From assembly GCA_964490125.1 (NCBI GenBank), contig CAZBAJ010000001.1, forward strand, positions 67,573-131,572: a stretch of DNA of 64,000 bases, in the 5' to 3' direction. Position 1 is the stretch's first letter, and each line of letters starts with the position of its first letter. Below, piece by piece: positions 17,986-27,802 of this stretch. The DNA comes from an uncultured Candidatus Saccharibacteria bacterium (lineage in GTDB: Bacteria; Patescibacteriota; WWE3; UBA101185; UBA10185). The translations under genes were made by a program, and so were the position numbers. Below the pieces are notes generated by a model. It saw only the letters and a list, made by a program, of their open reading frames with translations. It was not told where the DNA came from and did no database searches.

Positions 17986-20832
17986 ATGTTAAAAGAGACA
18001 AAAACCCTACCGCAAATGGAAAATGATGTTTTGGACTTTTGGAAAAGCCAAAATATTTTTGAGAAGTCGGTTGACAAGAACTCTGTTGACAACGCGTATG
18101 TTTTTTACGACGGTCCGCCTTTTATTTCCGGTCTCCCGCATTACGGTCATCTGCTTGGGTCTATTGCCAAAGATGTAATTCCTAGATATTGGACTATGAA
18201 AGGCAAGCGCGTTGAGCGGGTGTGGGGTTGGGATGCCCATGGTTTAACGGTGGAAAATAAAGTTCAAGCGCGACTTGGAATAAAAAACCGGCGCGACATA
18301 GAGAAATTTGGCTTAGAGAAGTTTACGGAGGAGTGTTACAAATATACCTCGGAAATTTCTGCGGAATGGGCTTGGTATGTAGACAAAATCGGGCGGTGGG
18401 TGGACTTTGAGAATGCCTATAGGACAACCGACCAGAGCTATATGGAAAGTGTAATTTGGGCGTTTAAGCAACTGTACGACAAAGGATTTATTTACGAGGG
18501 TATACGGACTTCCTTATATTGTACAACTTGCGGAACGCCGGTTTCTAACTTTGAAATCGCCATGGATAATTCGTACAAAGATTACGAGGATCCGGCTATT
18601 ATCGTTCAGTTTAAAGTATTGACAGAGGGTAAATTCAAGGGTGATTACATTTTGGCTTGGACGACTACTCCATGGACAATTCCCTCCAACCGCGCCTTGG
18701 TGGTTGATCCAAAGGAAGACTATATAGTTTTTGAAAGCGAAGTTCCGGGAAACAGATACATCTGTGCAAAAAAGCGATTGGAAGCAGTAATTGGCGATTC
18801 TAAGCATACGGTTTTGGAAGAATTTAAAGGATTGGAATTGCTGGGTTTAGATTACGAACCGCCGTACAGGTTTTTTAAGTCGAATGATAGAGAGTTTAAA
18901 GTGTACGACTTTGAGGGCATGGTAAATATGGAGGAAGGTACCGGCATTGTCCACAGCGCGCCGGGTTTTGGGGATATTGACACTCAAATGGGCAGGCATT
19001 ATGGGTTGCAGATTATGATGACGATAGACGGTGAAGGCTGTTTTGTCCAAGGTAACGCCGGAGAGAACCCTTTTGTAGGAATGTTTTACACCAAAGCAAA
19101 TCCGGTCATTACCGAGGATTTAGAAAAAAGAGATTTTCTGTTCGACAGTAGTAAAATAGTCCACCGAGTCCCGTATCACGATAGATGTAATACAATTTTG
19201 ATTCAAAAGGCGCAAAATTCTTGGTTTGTAAATGTCCAACAGTTAAAAAGTCAACTAATTGAAAATAATAAGGATATTAATTGGGTACCGGAACATATTA
19301 AAGAAGGTCGGTTTAAAATCGGCATCGAACAGGCGCCTGATTGGTGTATTTCCCGAACGCGCTTTTGGGCAACCCCCATGCCCGTTTGGGAAAGCGAGGA
19401 CGGCGAGCGAGTGGTAATAGGCTCAATTAAAGAGTTGGAAGAATTGTCGGGCAAAAAAGTGGAGAATCTACACCGGCCGTATATTGACGAGATTACTTTT
19501 ACTAAAAACGGCAAGCTGTTTAAGCGTCGCACAGAGGTTTTGGATTCCTGGATGGAAGCAGGTTCCATGCCGTACGCGCAGATTCACTATCCGTTTGAGC
19601 ATAAAGATAAGTTTGAGAAGAATTTTCCCGGCGATTACATCGTGGAATATATTCCGCAAGTACGGGCGTGGTTTTATGTCATGCATGTCTTGTCGACCGC
19701 GCTTTTTGGTACAAAATCCTTTAAGAATGTTGTTTGCACTGGAACCATGGCAGGCAACGACGGACGCAAGATGAGCAAAACCTTTGGAAACTACGCAGAT
19801 CCTAAGGATGTTTTAAATAAATATGGGGGCGATGCGCTAAGGCTTTATCTTTTGGGCTCGCCGTTAATGGTAGGGGAAAATGCCAATTTTGACGAGTTGG
19901 ATATAAAGAATAAGTTGCAACGGACATTGAATCCGCTTTGGAATAGTTACAAATTTTTTGAGACTTACGCTACTGCCAATAATTGGACTGCAGGAAAAAC
20001 CTCTACTAGTACACATATTTTGGATGTATGGATCAAGCTACGACTAAGTCAAACCATCAAGTCAATATCGGAAAATTTGGAAAGTTATACTACTCCGCCG
20101 GCGGTTAGGGTTGTAGAGGACTTTGTAGACGATTTGTCTCGTTGGTATGTGAGAAGGTCGCGGGATAGGGTTTCCGGTGGAGATAATGAGGCTTTGTCGA
20201 CTTTGTACCAAGTCTTACTGCAACTTACCCACGCTATCGCGCCAATAATTCCATTTTTGGCAGAGTCAATGTATTTAGGACTCCAAAAATTCGATTCAAC
20301 CCTCAAGGAAGCGTCAATCCATCTAAGGTCGTACACGGATTTTTCCTTTAATTCAGAAAGTCAGCAAAATATTCTGGACGACATGGAAACCGCCAAGAAA
20401 ATTGCGTCTCAAGCCTTGTCAGCAAGGACAGAAAGCGGTATAGCAGTTAGACAACCCTTGGCAAAAATCAGCGTCTTAGGCGTCGTACCGCTAACTAAAG
20501 AATACGACCAGTTAATAAAAGACGAGGTCAATGTTAAAGCCGTTGAGTGGGTTGACGCAAAGCAGTCCGAAGAGGAGAAGGCGGAGTTAAAAGTAATTCT
20601 GGATACTACTATTACCGAAGAACTTAAAATAGAGGGAATTGCCAGGGAGTTGGTGCGGGCAATTCAGGATTTGCGCAAAGAAAAAGGTTTAACAGTAAAT
20701 CAAAAAGTAAAAGTGACTTACCCGGCAACACCGGAAAATACCAAAGCGGTACAAGTTTTTGGCGAAGAGATAAGCCAAAAGGTGGGCGCAACGGAGTTAG
20801 TTTCCGGCAATGCGTTGGTACTAACCCGATAA
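17986..20832 (+). CDS. ileS: Isoleucine-tRNA ligase, type 2 (eukaryote-like)
   Basis: DGPPFISGLPHYGH, WTTTPWT, DWCISRTRFW and KMSKT; no C-terminal Zn finger. Confidence 0.96.
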   Translation: MLKETKTLPQMENDVLDFWKSQNIFEKSVDKNSVDNAYVFYDGPPFISGLPHYGHLLGSIAKDVIPRYWTMKGKRVERVWGWDAHGLTVENKVQARLGIKNRRDIEKFGLEKFTEECYKYTSEISAEWAWYVDKIGRWVDFENAYRTTDQSYMESVIWAFKQLYDKGFIYEGIRTSLYCTTCGTPVSNFEIAMDNSYKDYEDPAIIVQFKVLTEGKFKGDYILAWTTTPWTIPSNRALVVDPKEDYIVFESEVPGNRYICAKKRLEAVIGDSKHTVLEEFKGLELLGLDYEPPYRFFKSNDREFKVYDFEGMVNMEEGTGIVHSAPGFGDIDTQMGRHYGLQIMMTIDGEGCFVQGNAGENPFVGMFYTKANPVITEDLEKRDFLFDSSKIVHRVPYHDRCNTILIQKAQNSWFVNVQQLKSQLIENNKDINWVPEHIKEGRFKIGIEQAPDWCISRTRFWATPMPVWESEDGERVVIGSIKELEELSGKKVENLHRPYIDEITFTKNGKLFKRRTEVLDSWMEAGSMPYAQIHYPFEHKDKFEKNFPGDYIVEYIPQVRAWFYVMHVLSTALFGTKSFKNVVCTGTMAGNDGRKMSKTFGNYADPKDVLNKYGGDALRLYLLGSPLMVGENANFDELDIKNKLQRTLNPLWNSYKFFETYATANNWTAGKTSTSTHILDVWIKLRLSQTIKSISENLESYTTPPAVRVVEDFVDDLSRWYVRRSRDRVSGGDNEALSTLYQVLLQLTHAIAPIIPFLAESMYLGLQKFDSTLKEASIHLRSYTDFSFNSESQQNILDDMETAKKIASQALSARTESGIAVRQPLAKISVLGVVPLTKEYDQLIKDEVNVKAVEWVDAKQSEEEKAELKVILDTTITEELKIEGIARELVRAIQDLRKEKGLTVNQKVKVTYPATPENTKAVQVFGEEISQKVGATELVSGNALVLTR

Positions 20833-20874
20833 TTGACCTTGGTATATTCGGTTATACCAAAATTGGTTAAAACG

Positions 20875-20890
20875 GTATACCGCGGTATAC
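20875..20890. promoter_or_regulatory. Perfect 16-bp palindrome overlapping a -10 (putative operator)
   Basis: GTATACCGCGGTATAC overlaps TATACT at 20886..20891; related TTGGTATA...TATACCAA at 20839..20860. Confidence 0.5.
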
Positions 20891-20897
20891 TACACGC

Positions 20898-21827
20898 GTG
20901 ACCTGGTTTGCTTTTACAATCATCTCGCCTATTTTAAACGCGCTGGTAAATTATATTGACAAATATCTAATAGAAAAGGTGGTTGAGGGCAGGGGAATAG
21001 GCTCGCTCATAATTTTTAGCGCATTAATGGGTCTGCCGGTGGCGCTTTTAATTTTGCTTTTTGGACCAAATGTTTTTGGAATTTCCACAAAAAACGCGCT
21101 ACTAATAATGCTAAATGGGACTTTTTATGTAGCCTGGGTTTTGCCTTACCTTTACGCACTTCAGAAAGACGAGGCATCAGTGGTAGTTCCGCTCATTTTA
21201 CAACTTACCTCTGTGTTAGCTTTTATTCTTGGATTTATATTCCTTGGGGAAACATTAAGCTTACGACAAGTTATCGGCTGTTTGTTGATTTTGATTGGTG
21301 CTTTAGGTTTGACACTGGAAATTAACTCCTCAATCGGTGGAAAATCCACTTATAAGATAAAGTCGGATGTTTTGCTGTTTTCATTGCTGTCTTGCTTCTT
21401 TGCTGCTGTTAGTGGCGTGATATTTAAGTTTATTGCTCTTGAAGAGAGTTTTTGGGTGACCTCGTTTTGGGAAAATATTGGAATTTTCATCTCTGCCCTT
21501 ATTCTTCTATGCATACCTGTCTATAAATCACAATTCCAAAGAGTTTTTAAAAAAGACGCTGTTAGGGTTTTTTCATTAAACGCGTTAAACGAGTCTTTGA
21601 TTTCTGTAGGTAGGACTTCTTTAAACTACGCCACTCTTCTGGCTCCTATCGCCTTGGTATTTTTTGTGGACTCTGGTTTCCAACCTTTTTTTGTTCTATC
21701 CTTTGGTATTCTGCTCTCCATTTTCTTCCCAAAGTTTGTCGAAGAAGATCTTAGACAGGTCAAACTTATTCAAAAGTTCCTTTCTATTCTTATAATGTTC
21801 GGTGGTACATATCTCATATCGTTTTAA
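20898..21827 (+). CDS. EamA/DMT family transporter
   Basis: About 10 TM, two repeats, FLGETLSLRQVIG motif. Confidence 0.85.
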   Translation: MTWFAFTIISPILNALVNYIDKYLIEKVVEGRGIGSLIIFSALMGLPVALLILLFGPNVFGISTKNALLIMLNGTFYVAWVLPYLYALQKDEASVVVPLILQLTSVLAFILGFIFLGETLSLRQVIGCLLILIGALGLTLEINSSIGGKSTYKIKSDVLLFSLLSCFFAAVSGVIFKFIALEESFWVTSFWENIGIFISALILLCIPVYKSQFQRVFKKDAVRVFSLNALNESLISVGRTSLNYATLLAPIALVFFVDSGFQPFFVLSFGILLSIFFPKFVEEDLRQVKLIQKFLSILIMFGGTYLISF

Positions 21828-21870
21828 CCTATTGACAACTTTCTTATGTACTATTAACATAAGTTTAGTT

Positions 21871-22692
21871 ATGTTAAAAAGATCCTGGTTTCTTATTGCG
21901 GTTTCTTTGTTTTTCTTGTTGTTTTGGGCTGTTGTTAATATTTTTAACCCCGACGAGGTCTGGCAGGGGTACTTTTCTGACACCTACGGCGTTATAGCCT
22001 TGTTTGGTAGCATACTTGGTTTAGTAGTCGCAAGATCTTGGGGCTACTTTAAGAGTCAGATCGGCATCTCCTTGACCTTACTTTCACTTGGATTGATGTG
22101 CCAGTTTTTAGGGCAGGCTGGTTATACTTTTCTGTATTATGCGTATGGTTTAGAAAATGCTTACCCTGCTTTTTGTGAGATATTCTTTGTGTTAAGCGTG
22201 CCGTTGTATATTTTTGGTAGCTATTACATTGCTAAGGCATCTGGTTTACACGCGTCTTTAGAAAAATCGACCAACAAGCTCATTGCCTTATGTACACCTG
22301 TTTTAATTTTAATTTTTTCATATTTTTTCTTTTTAAGAACCTACGATTTTAGTTCCAATCCGTTAATAAATACAATCATAGAAATTTATTATCCATTAGG
22401 TCAGTCACTTTTCTTGTCTATGAGTTTAGTTGCATTTTTGACTACAAGAGGATACCTCGGCGGTATTATGAAAAAACCTGTTCTGATGATTCTTATTGCC
22501 TTGGTATTTCAGTATTTGGCCGACAGCATGTTTATTTACGAGACCACTCATGAAACATGGCAGGCTGGAAGTCTTAGCGCTCTAGTTTTTGTTATTTCGT
22601 ACTCGTTAATGGCGTTGGCTTTAGTTAATTTTCAAAACTTGGCAAAGGTAATTAAATCAGGGTCCCTTCAGACAAGTAGAATCGATGCTTAA
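21871..22692 (+). CDS. Polytopic membrane protein (7-8 TM), possibly a sensor domain
   Basis: Hydrophobic ORF with its own TTGACA promoter at 21832. Confidence 0.7.
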   Translation: MLKRSWFLIAVSLFFLLFWAVVNIFNPDEVWQGYFSDTYGVIALFGSILGLVVARSWGYFKSQIGISLTLLSLGLMCQFLGQAGYTFLYYAYGLENAYPAFCEIFFVLSVPLYIFGSYYIAKASGLHASLEKSTNKLIALCTPVLILIFSYFFFLRTYDFSSNPLINTIIEIYYPLGQSLFLSMSLVAFLTTRGYLGGIMKKPVLMILIALVFQYLADSMFIYETTHETWQAGSLSALVFVISYSLMALALVNFQNLAKVIKSGSLQTSRIDA

Positions 22693-22777
22693 GAAGCCCA
22701 GTCATTTTGCACCCCGTTCTATCCATGTAAATAACCATCTTTGCAAAACTATGGGATATAGTGTAAAATCTTACAGT

Positions 22778-23554
22778 ATGCGTTCTAGCAAGATAGATGT
22801 AAAGACCGATGGATCACTGTGGAGCCAGTTGGCCGACAGGTTTAATACATTTAAAGTAAAAAGATGTATTCACTCAGATGCTGCCGTAAATATCGAAGTT
22901 GGCTGGCCTGTTTTTTTGTCCTTTATAGAAGGTTTAATTAAAGATCTTGGGCATGACAGGCTGACTGTTTTGGATTTTGGGTGCGGGGTAGGGGAGTTTT
23001 GCAGAACCTTAGCTGAATGCGGTCATGAGGTTACAGGCATAGATCATTCCGAGGGAATGCTTTCCTTGGCAAAAAGTAAGGTGGATAGAGGGGTTAAGCT
23101 TATTCATGCAAATCATAAGCACGAGGTTTTTAGTAGTCAAGAATTGGCGGAAAAATACGATGTTGTGACAGCGATACATAGTCTAGAATGGATCGCCGAT
23201 AACGAGGTTGAAGATGCCTTTGTTAATTTATCCAAGGTAATTAAGAAAAATGGTTTTCTGATTTTTGCTGTGTTTCCACAGGGTCATGTTGTGGACTCCC
23301 TAAAGATTAAAGACTTGTTTGAAGATTTCGATTCCCTAGATAAGCCGCATTTTGGATACGCAAATTTTGACGGTGTTAAGGTACCAGTTTGGATAAGAAC
23401 TACGACCATGTACGATAAGATGCTAAAGCCATTAGGTTTTAAAAGAGTCTTTAATGTCGAACCCGATTACCCCAAAGATTTCTTTAAAAAATATAACTGG
23501 ACTGGTTCTAAATACCCAGAAATGACCATTTTAGCTTATAAAAAGCTTGGCTAG
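22778..23554 (+). CDS. Class I SAM-dependent methyltransferase
   Basis: VLDFGCGVG and GIDHSEGML motifs; promoter TTGCAA-17-TAAAAT just upstream of ATG 22778. Confidence 0.88.
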   Translation: MRSSKIDVKTDGSLWSQLADRFNTFKVKRCIHSDAAVNIEVGWPVFLSFIEGLIKDLGHDRLTVLDFGCGVGEFCRTLAECGHEVTGIDHSEGMLSLAKSKVDRGVKLIHANHKHEVFSSQELAEKYDVVTAIHSLEWIADNEVEDAFVNLSKVIKKNGFLIFAVFPQGHVVDSLKIKDLFEDFDSLDKPHFGYANFDGVKVPVWIRTTTMYDKMLKPLGFKRVFNVEPDYPKDFFKKYNWTGSKYPEMTILAYKKLG

Positions 23555-23568
23555 ACGAGCGCCCCGAA

Positions 23569-24447
23569 TTAAGCAGATTTATTGATTATGTATTTCCTTA
23601 AGAATCTGGCTGGACGGTAGCTTAACTTGCTTTGCCTAAGTCCCTGCAATCCTGTATCTTGTTGTAGATTTATGTATTTAGCCCCGCGTTGTCGTAAAAT
23701 ATTATCTGACTCGTGTTCTAGAAACAGTGAAGAGTCTTCGTACGCAACATCAGCTTTTCCTAAATGTCCCATAGACCATCCGTTTGGCAGTAGTTGACTG
23801 AATGAAAAACCGACAAACTTGTCTTTTATGAAAAGCCCGGTGTTTACACAGTCAAAATGATAAGACGCTTTGATGTACTCCTCTACCGAGTCCAGGTCTT
23901 CTGATGTTTTCGATCTGTCAAAACCTTTATTTTTTGACCACACTTCTGTTAAAGTAAAAACCAGTTTTTGAGTGCCAGGAACGTCAAGATCCAGTAATTG
24001 TACTTTACATCCTGGATTTTTTTTGACAAAGTTGTTTAGCCTTTTTCTCAGTGGTTTATATTTACCCCCCTGCATATTAGCAAAGTCGTTAAGATTGATA
24101 ACATAGTCAAAACCGTCCCTATCTTCTGCAAATTCTACATCGTTACTTAGTCCTGCCAGTGTTATTTCGGGTACCATTTTTAGTTCCTCTGGGCAAGCTA
24201 ACAACTTACTAAACAAGTCCTCTCCCACAGTCGTTCCTAAAAACGAGTGGATCATGACATCTTTTAAATAGTCGACAATTTTAATAACCAGTACATTTTG
24301 GCTTATCGCGTACATGTTTAGGCGTTTGCTGTTCCAGTAGACAAGGCTCATGGGGTTAAAGTCGCTGTAAGGTTCGTAATGCGACACAAAGTCGGCTATT
24401 GTTTGCAACTCACCATGTGTTACTTTTTTAAAGTTTAGGTTATCCAT
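23569..24447 (-). CDS. DUF2156 / aminoacyl-phosphatidylglycerol transferase C-terminal-like protein
   Basis: YSDFN, DRDGFDYV, GGKYKPLRKRLNNF and YINLQQDTGLQGLRQSKLSYRP motifs. Confidence 0.82.
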   Translation of the reverse strand: MDNLNFKKVTHGELQTIADFVSHYEPYSDFNPMSLVYWNSKRLNMYAISQNVLVIKIVDYLKDVMIHSFLGTTVGEDLFSKLLACPEELKMVPEITLAGLSNDVEFAEDRDGFDYVINLNDFANMQGGKYKPLRKRLNNFVKKNPGCKVQLLDLDVPGTQKLVFTLTEVWSKNKGFDRSKTSEDLDSVEEYIKASYHFDCVNTGLFIKDKFVGFSFSQLLPNGWSMGHLGKADVAYEDSSLFLEHESDNILRQRGAKYINLQQDTGLQGLRQSKLSYRPARFLRKYIINKSA

Positions 24448-24541
24448 TATAGATATTGACACCAAGTTTTAACATGCTAATAATAGTATTATACAGGGTT
24501 AGGGATTTCTCTAACTAGATCGTCACATGGAGGCGGTTGAG

Positions 24542-24814
24542 ATGGATATTAACAAATACCAGCAGGCTGTACTTAAAATCGTAAACATGCAAAAGGAGAT
24601 CATTGGACCGTTGGCAATAGACATGGCAAAAAGGGTGGGCGCTATTAAAATTGAAAACGGTGTGGTGGAGATTATTGGCGAGCCCAAAGAAGTCCTGCAT
24701 AAATTGGTAAAAGAGTACGAGGTTTTGTTTGGCGCCCTTTCTGTCAAGGTAAGTAAGGATTCTATTAAAGAAATGGGCTTTACCGCGGAAGAATTGCCTG
24801 AGATTTTAAGGTAG
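24542..24814 (+). CDS. Small helical hypothetical protein
   Basis: GGAGG SD; IIGPLA...LVKEYEVLFG motif. Confidence 0.7.
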   Translation: MDINKYQQAVLKIVNMQKEIIGPLAIDMAKRVGAIKIENGVVEIIGEPKEVLHKLVKEYEVLFGALSVKVSKDSIKEMGFTAEELPEILR

Positions 24815-25666
24815 TTAGCTTAATAGCAGGTTATCATTTTTCTTTAAATAGTTTTTGCTACTTATTACCTTTTTGCCGGTTTTTTCCTCAAGTTCCAGCC
24901 TGGCGTTTTTGGCAATCCGTCCACCCTTTTTAGCGGGGATTTTGTTTTCTTCCAAACCTTTGGTTTGCATAGTTTCAGCAATTTGACGGGTAGAAAGCTC
25001 TGCCAAAGCGGTAAAGACTAATTCCGCATCGGTCATGTGGTCGCGCAGGTTTTGTGTTTTAAGTCCTTTTAGTTTTTTATGGTCTTTTACAGACAGATCA
25101 CTCCATTCCTCATGAATTATATTTGTAAGGAGGGCAAATTCTTTTGATTCCGTAACTTCGTTGTTTTTCCAATAATCGGTTAGTTTATTTCGGACTTCTT
25201 GACCCATCATGCGTTGCTGAATCCATTTGTCACTCCTGCCCATTTTTTGCCAGTATTCGCGACCTCTGCTCAAAGCTTTTTCAGGGTCTGACATTTCCTC
25301 AAGGCGTTCGTATCCAACTTTTGCTAGCCACAGCTTTATTGGTTCTGCTTTAGGACTGGGGACTGATTGAATTAGCCTTAGTAGTGTTTCTACATCAGCA
25401 ACATCGGTTAGATAAAATTTACCATCTGCGGATTCCATTTTCAGTTGGTCACATTTTGTGACCAACTCACTTCCTTCCTTTTTAAGGCGGTTTTTTAGAG
25501 TCGTCCAGTAACTTTTTGCTTTCTTAAAGTCTGTGTGATTAGTCAGTACTGCGACTATATCGATAATAGAAAAATACCATTTTTCTTGGGTTTCATCGTA
25601 AGATCTTCGGATATTAAAACCTTCAAAAGTAGCTAGTAATTTTGGATTATTATTTATTCTGCTCAT
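24815..25666 (-). CDS. Bro-N domain protein
   Basis: IRRSYDE..KWYFSIIDIV, YWTTLKNRL, PSPKAEPIKLWLA and NLRDHMT motifs. Confidence 0.85.
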   Translation of the reverse strand: MSRINNNPKLLATFEGFNIRRSYDETQEKWYFSIIDIVAVLTNHTDFKKAKSYWTTLKNRLKKEGSELVTKCDQLKMESADGKFYLTDVADVETLLRLIQSVPSPKAEPIKLWLAKVGYERLEEMSDPEKALSRGREYWQKMGRSDKWIQQRMMGQEVRNKLTDYWKNNEVTESKEFALLTNIIHEEWSDLSVKDHKKLKGLKTQNLRDHMTDAELVFTALAELSTRQIAETMQTKGLEENKIPAKKGGRIAKNARLELEEKTGKKVISSKNYLKKNDNLLLS

Positions 25667-25834
25667 ACAAACTTTATAGCAACAATTTAAATCGTTGTCT
25701 AGTGTGAAATAGTACGACAAAATTACTGGGGTTGTTATTTCGTCGATATCTCGAACATTTTTAAACCCTGATACAGGTCATCTAGAAAAACTTACTATGT
25801 ATAAAAATACAATTTACTGTTGTATAATATTTTA

Positions 25835-26221
25835 ATGGACATGACGAAAGCAAAAAACGAGGCGTTTATATATTACAACTCAATGCGTGTAGCAGGATTA
25901 TTTTGTCCCGCATTTAATGAGAAAGTTCATGTTACATTGATGGGGTGGAATCATCTGGTTCGACCAAAGAACAAATCTCGTACAAATGCCGATCTGTACA
26001 GAAGATTCAAGTTGTTAAAACATGTTAGAGGGATAGTTGAGAAATCCGCCACTATTCAGGATATAACAATAAAAGGTAATAGGACTTTCTATGCACTGGA
26101 AGCAATGGTTGTTGAGGATGTTAATAATGTTAAGGTTGCGAGAAAGGTACGGGTTTTAATAGCCGACAGTGTAACAGGTAAAAAATTCTATTCCGTTATG
26201 GATAAGAAGAAGAAGATTTAG
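25835..26221 (+). CDS. Basic hypothetical protein, possible RelE/barnase-like (BECR) nuclease fold
   Basis: GWNHL...RRFKLL...VRVLI..KKFYSVM pattern; fold is an inference. Confidence 0.55.
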   Translation: MDMTKAKNEAFIYYNSMRVAGLFCPAFNEKVHVTLMGWNHLVRPKNKSRTNADLYRRFKLLKHVRGIVEKSATIQDITIKGNRTFYALEAMVVEDVNNVKVARKVRVLIADSVTGKKFYSVMDKKKKI

Positions 26222-26290
26222 GTGAAGTGCCTCACGCTTTGGTCTCGTGGACGTTAGCGTACCGTACGCCAATGGCGTATCACTTCACTG
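26222..26290 (-). ncRNA. Putative antisense structured RNA
   Basis: GTGAAGTG/CACTTCAC closing stem with two inner hairpins; minus-strand TTTACA-17-TATACT at 26323..26295. Confidence 0.45.
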
Positions 26291-26305
26291 GGACAGTATA
26301 CTACA

Positions 26306-27802
26306 ATGTTTAAGGGCTGTAAAGTAAACACATTTTGGATAATAACGGTTTTTTCAATTGTCGCCCTCTTCTTTAGTTGGCTCTTTGTCTATAAAACTGG
26401 CATAAATACTTTGGCGATTCAGTCGGAGGACACTATTCCGGCTATGTTTCTACCTGTAAATATAATAAAAGAAGGAACTTTTTATGCGGACTCGTACTAC
26501 CAAATGATTATCCAAAAATATCCGCATCCTGATGACAAAAAGTACGACAAAGGTTTAACGCCGTTTTATTTTAGAAAAATCGTCAAAGAAGATCCTACAA
26601 AGTCATGCGTGGGGGAAGGATGTACTTTGGAGACACACTACATTTCCGCCTTTCCCGTAATGACGGGGCTTATGAGTCTGCCAGTCTATCTAATTCCGGT
26701 TTTGGCGGGCATGCCCGTTACTTGGGAAAATCTTATTTTGCTTTCTCACCTCTGCGCGTCGCTAATCATGGCTTTAAGCGGGGGCTTCTTTTACCTTTTG
26801 TTAAAAAAGCTGGTTGACGATAAAAAGGCGATTTTACTCACTACGCTTTACCTTTTTGGGACGGTTAATTTTGCTATGATTTCTCAATCTTTGTGGCAAC
26901 ATGGAGCCGTTCAATTGTTTACCGTTCTAAGCCTGCTGTTTTTATTAAAGTCGCGCGACTTGAGAGGAATCGGACTTAGCGACAATATCGGGGGCGGTGA
27001 TGTAATTGTTAAGTCAAAGAGAAGCTATGGAAATTTGGTATTATCGGGGTTTTTCTTAGGGTTAGCAGTACTTGCCCGACCTACTGCCGGGATACTCCTT
27101 CCGTACTTTGTTATTTTAGCCATTTATCTTTGGAATTCTGAAACTCTGGAAAGCAGATTGTCGTTTGGGATGCTATTTTCCATAGTCAAAACCAAAGTTA
27201 TATTTTTAGTTGGTTTAATTCCTGCCGTAGTGTTTTTTATCTGGTACAACGCCACTTATTTTGTTGACTTGGGAAACCAGGGTTACGCTAACCAAGTAGG
27301 GAGTAATTGGTTAACGCCCTTCCCGTGGGGATTTTTGGGACTTTGGCTGTCGCCCAGCAAGGGTCTGCTAATCTACTCGCCGATTTTTATTTTTAGCATA
27401 GTTGGTGCCTACCTAGCTTTAAGAAAATCAGCTTGGCGTCAAAATCTAATCTACTTAGTTTTTTTGTCGATTGTCCTAACCCACACTTTGATTTTAGGTG
27501 CGTGGAAACATTGGTACGGCGGTTATTCCTTTGGTTACAGAATGGCAAGCGATATTATTCCGTTTCTTATTTTGCTACTAATCCCGTATTTTAAGTCGTC
27601 CTTATACAACCGCACCAAACGGCTTTTTTACGGCGCAATTATAGCGTCAATCTTAATAGAATTTATGGGTTTAGCCTTTTTTGACGGGATTTGGCACGGC
27701 ACCTACGACAAAGGCTTTTGGCACCAAGAGTGGCTTTGGAGCATTCAAAACAGTGAGGTCGTTTTTAACATCCGCCGATTACTGGTAAAATTAGGTCTGT
27801 GA
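26306..27802 (+). CDS. Polytopic membrane protein, probable GT-C glycosyltransferase
   Basis: Multi-TM; SQSLWQH, SPSKGLLIYSP and WYGGYSFGYR; heads the GT cluster. Confidence 0.7.
   Translation: MFKGCKVNTFWIITVFSIVALFFSWLFVYKTGINTLAIQSEDTIPAMFLPVNIIKEGTFYADSYYQMIIQKYPHPDDKKYDKGLTPFYFRKIVKEDPTKSCVGEGCTLETHYISAFPVMTGLMSLPVYLIPVLAGMPVTWENLILLSHLCASLIMALSGGFFYLLLKKLVDDKKAILLTTLYLFGTVNFAMISQSLWQHGAVQLFTVLSLLFLLKSRDLRGIGLSDNIGGGDVIVKSKRSYGNLVLSGFFLGLAVLARPTAGILLPYFVILAIYLWNSETLESRLSFGMLFSIVKTKVIFLVGLIPAVVFFIWYNATYFVDLGNQGYANQVGSNWLTPFPWGFLGLWLSPSKGLLIYSPIFIFSIVGAYLALRKSAWRQNLIYLVFLSIVLTHTLILGAWKHWYGGYSFGYRMASDIIPFLILLLIPYFKSSLYNRTKRLFYGAIIASILIEFMGLAFFDGIWHGTYDKGFWHQEWLWSIQNSEVVFNIRRLLVKLGL

Noticed and set aside
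24815-26221. Prophage suggested by the Bro-N gene
   Set aside because: No integrase, structural or replication genes nearby
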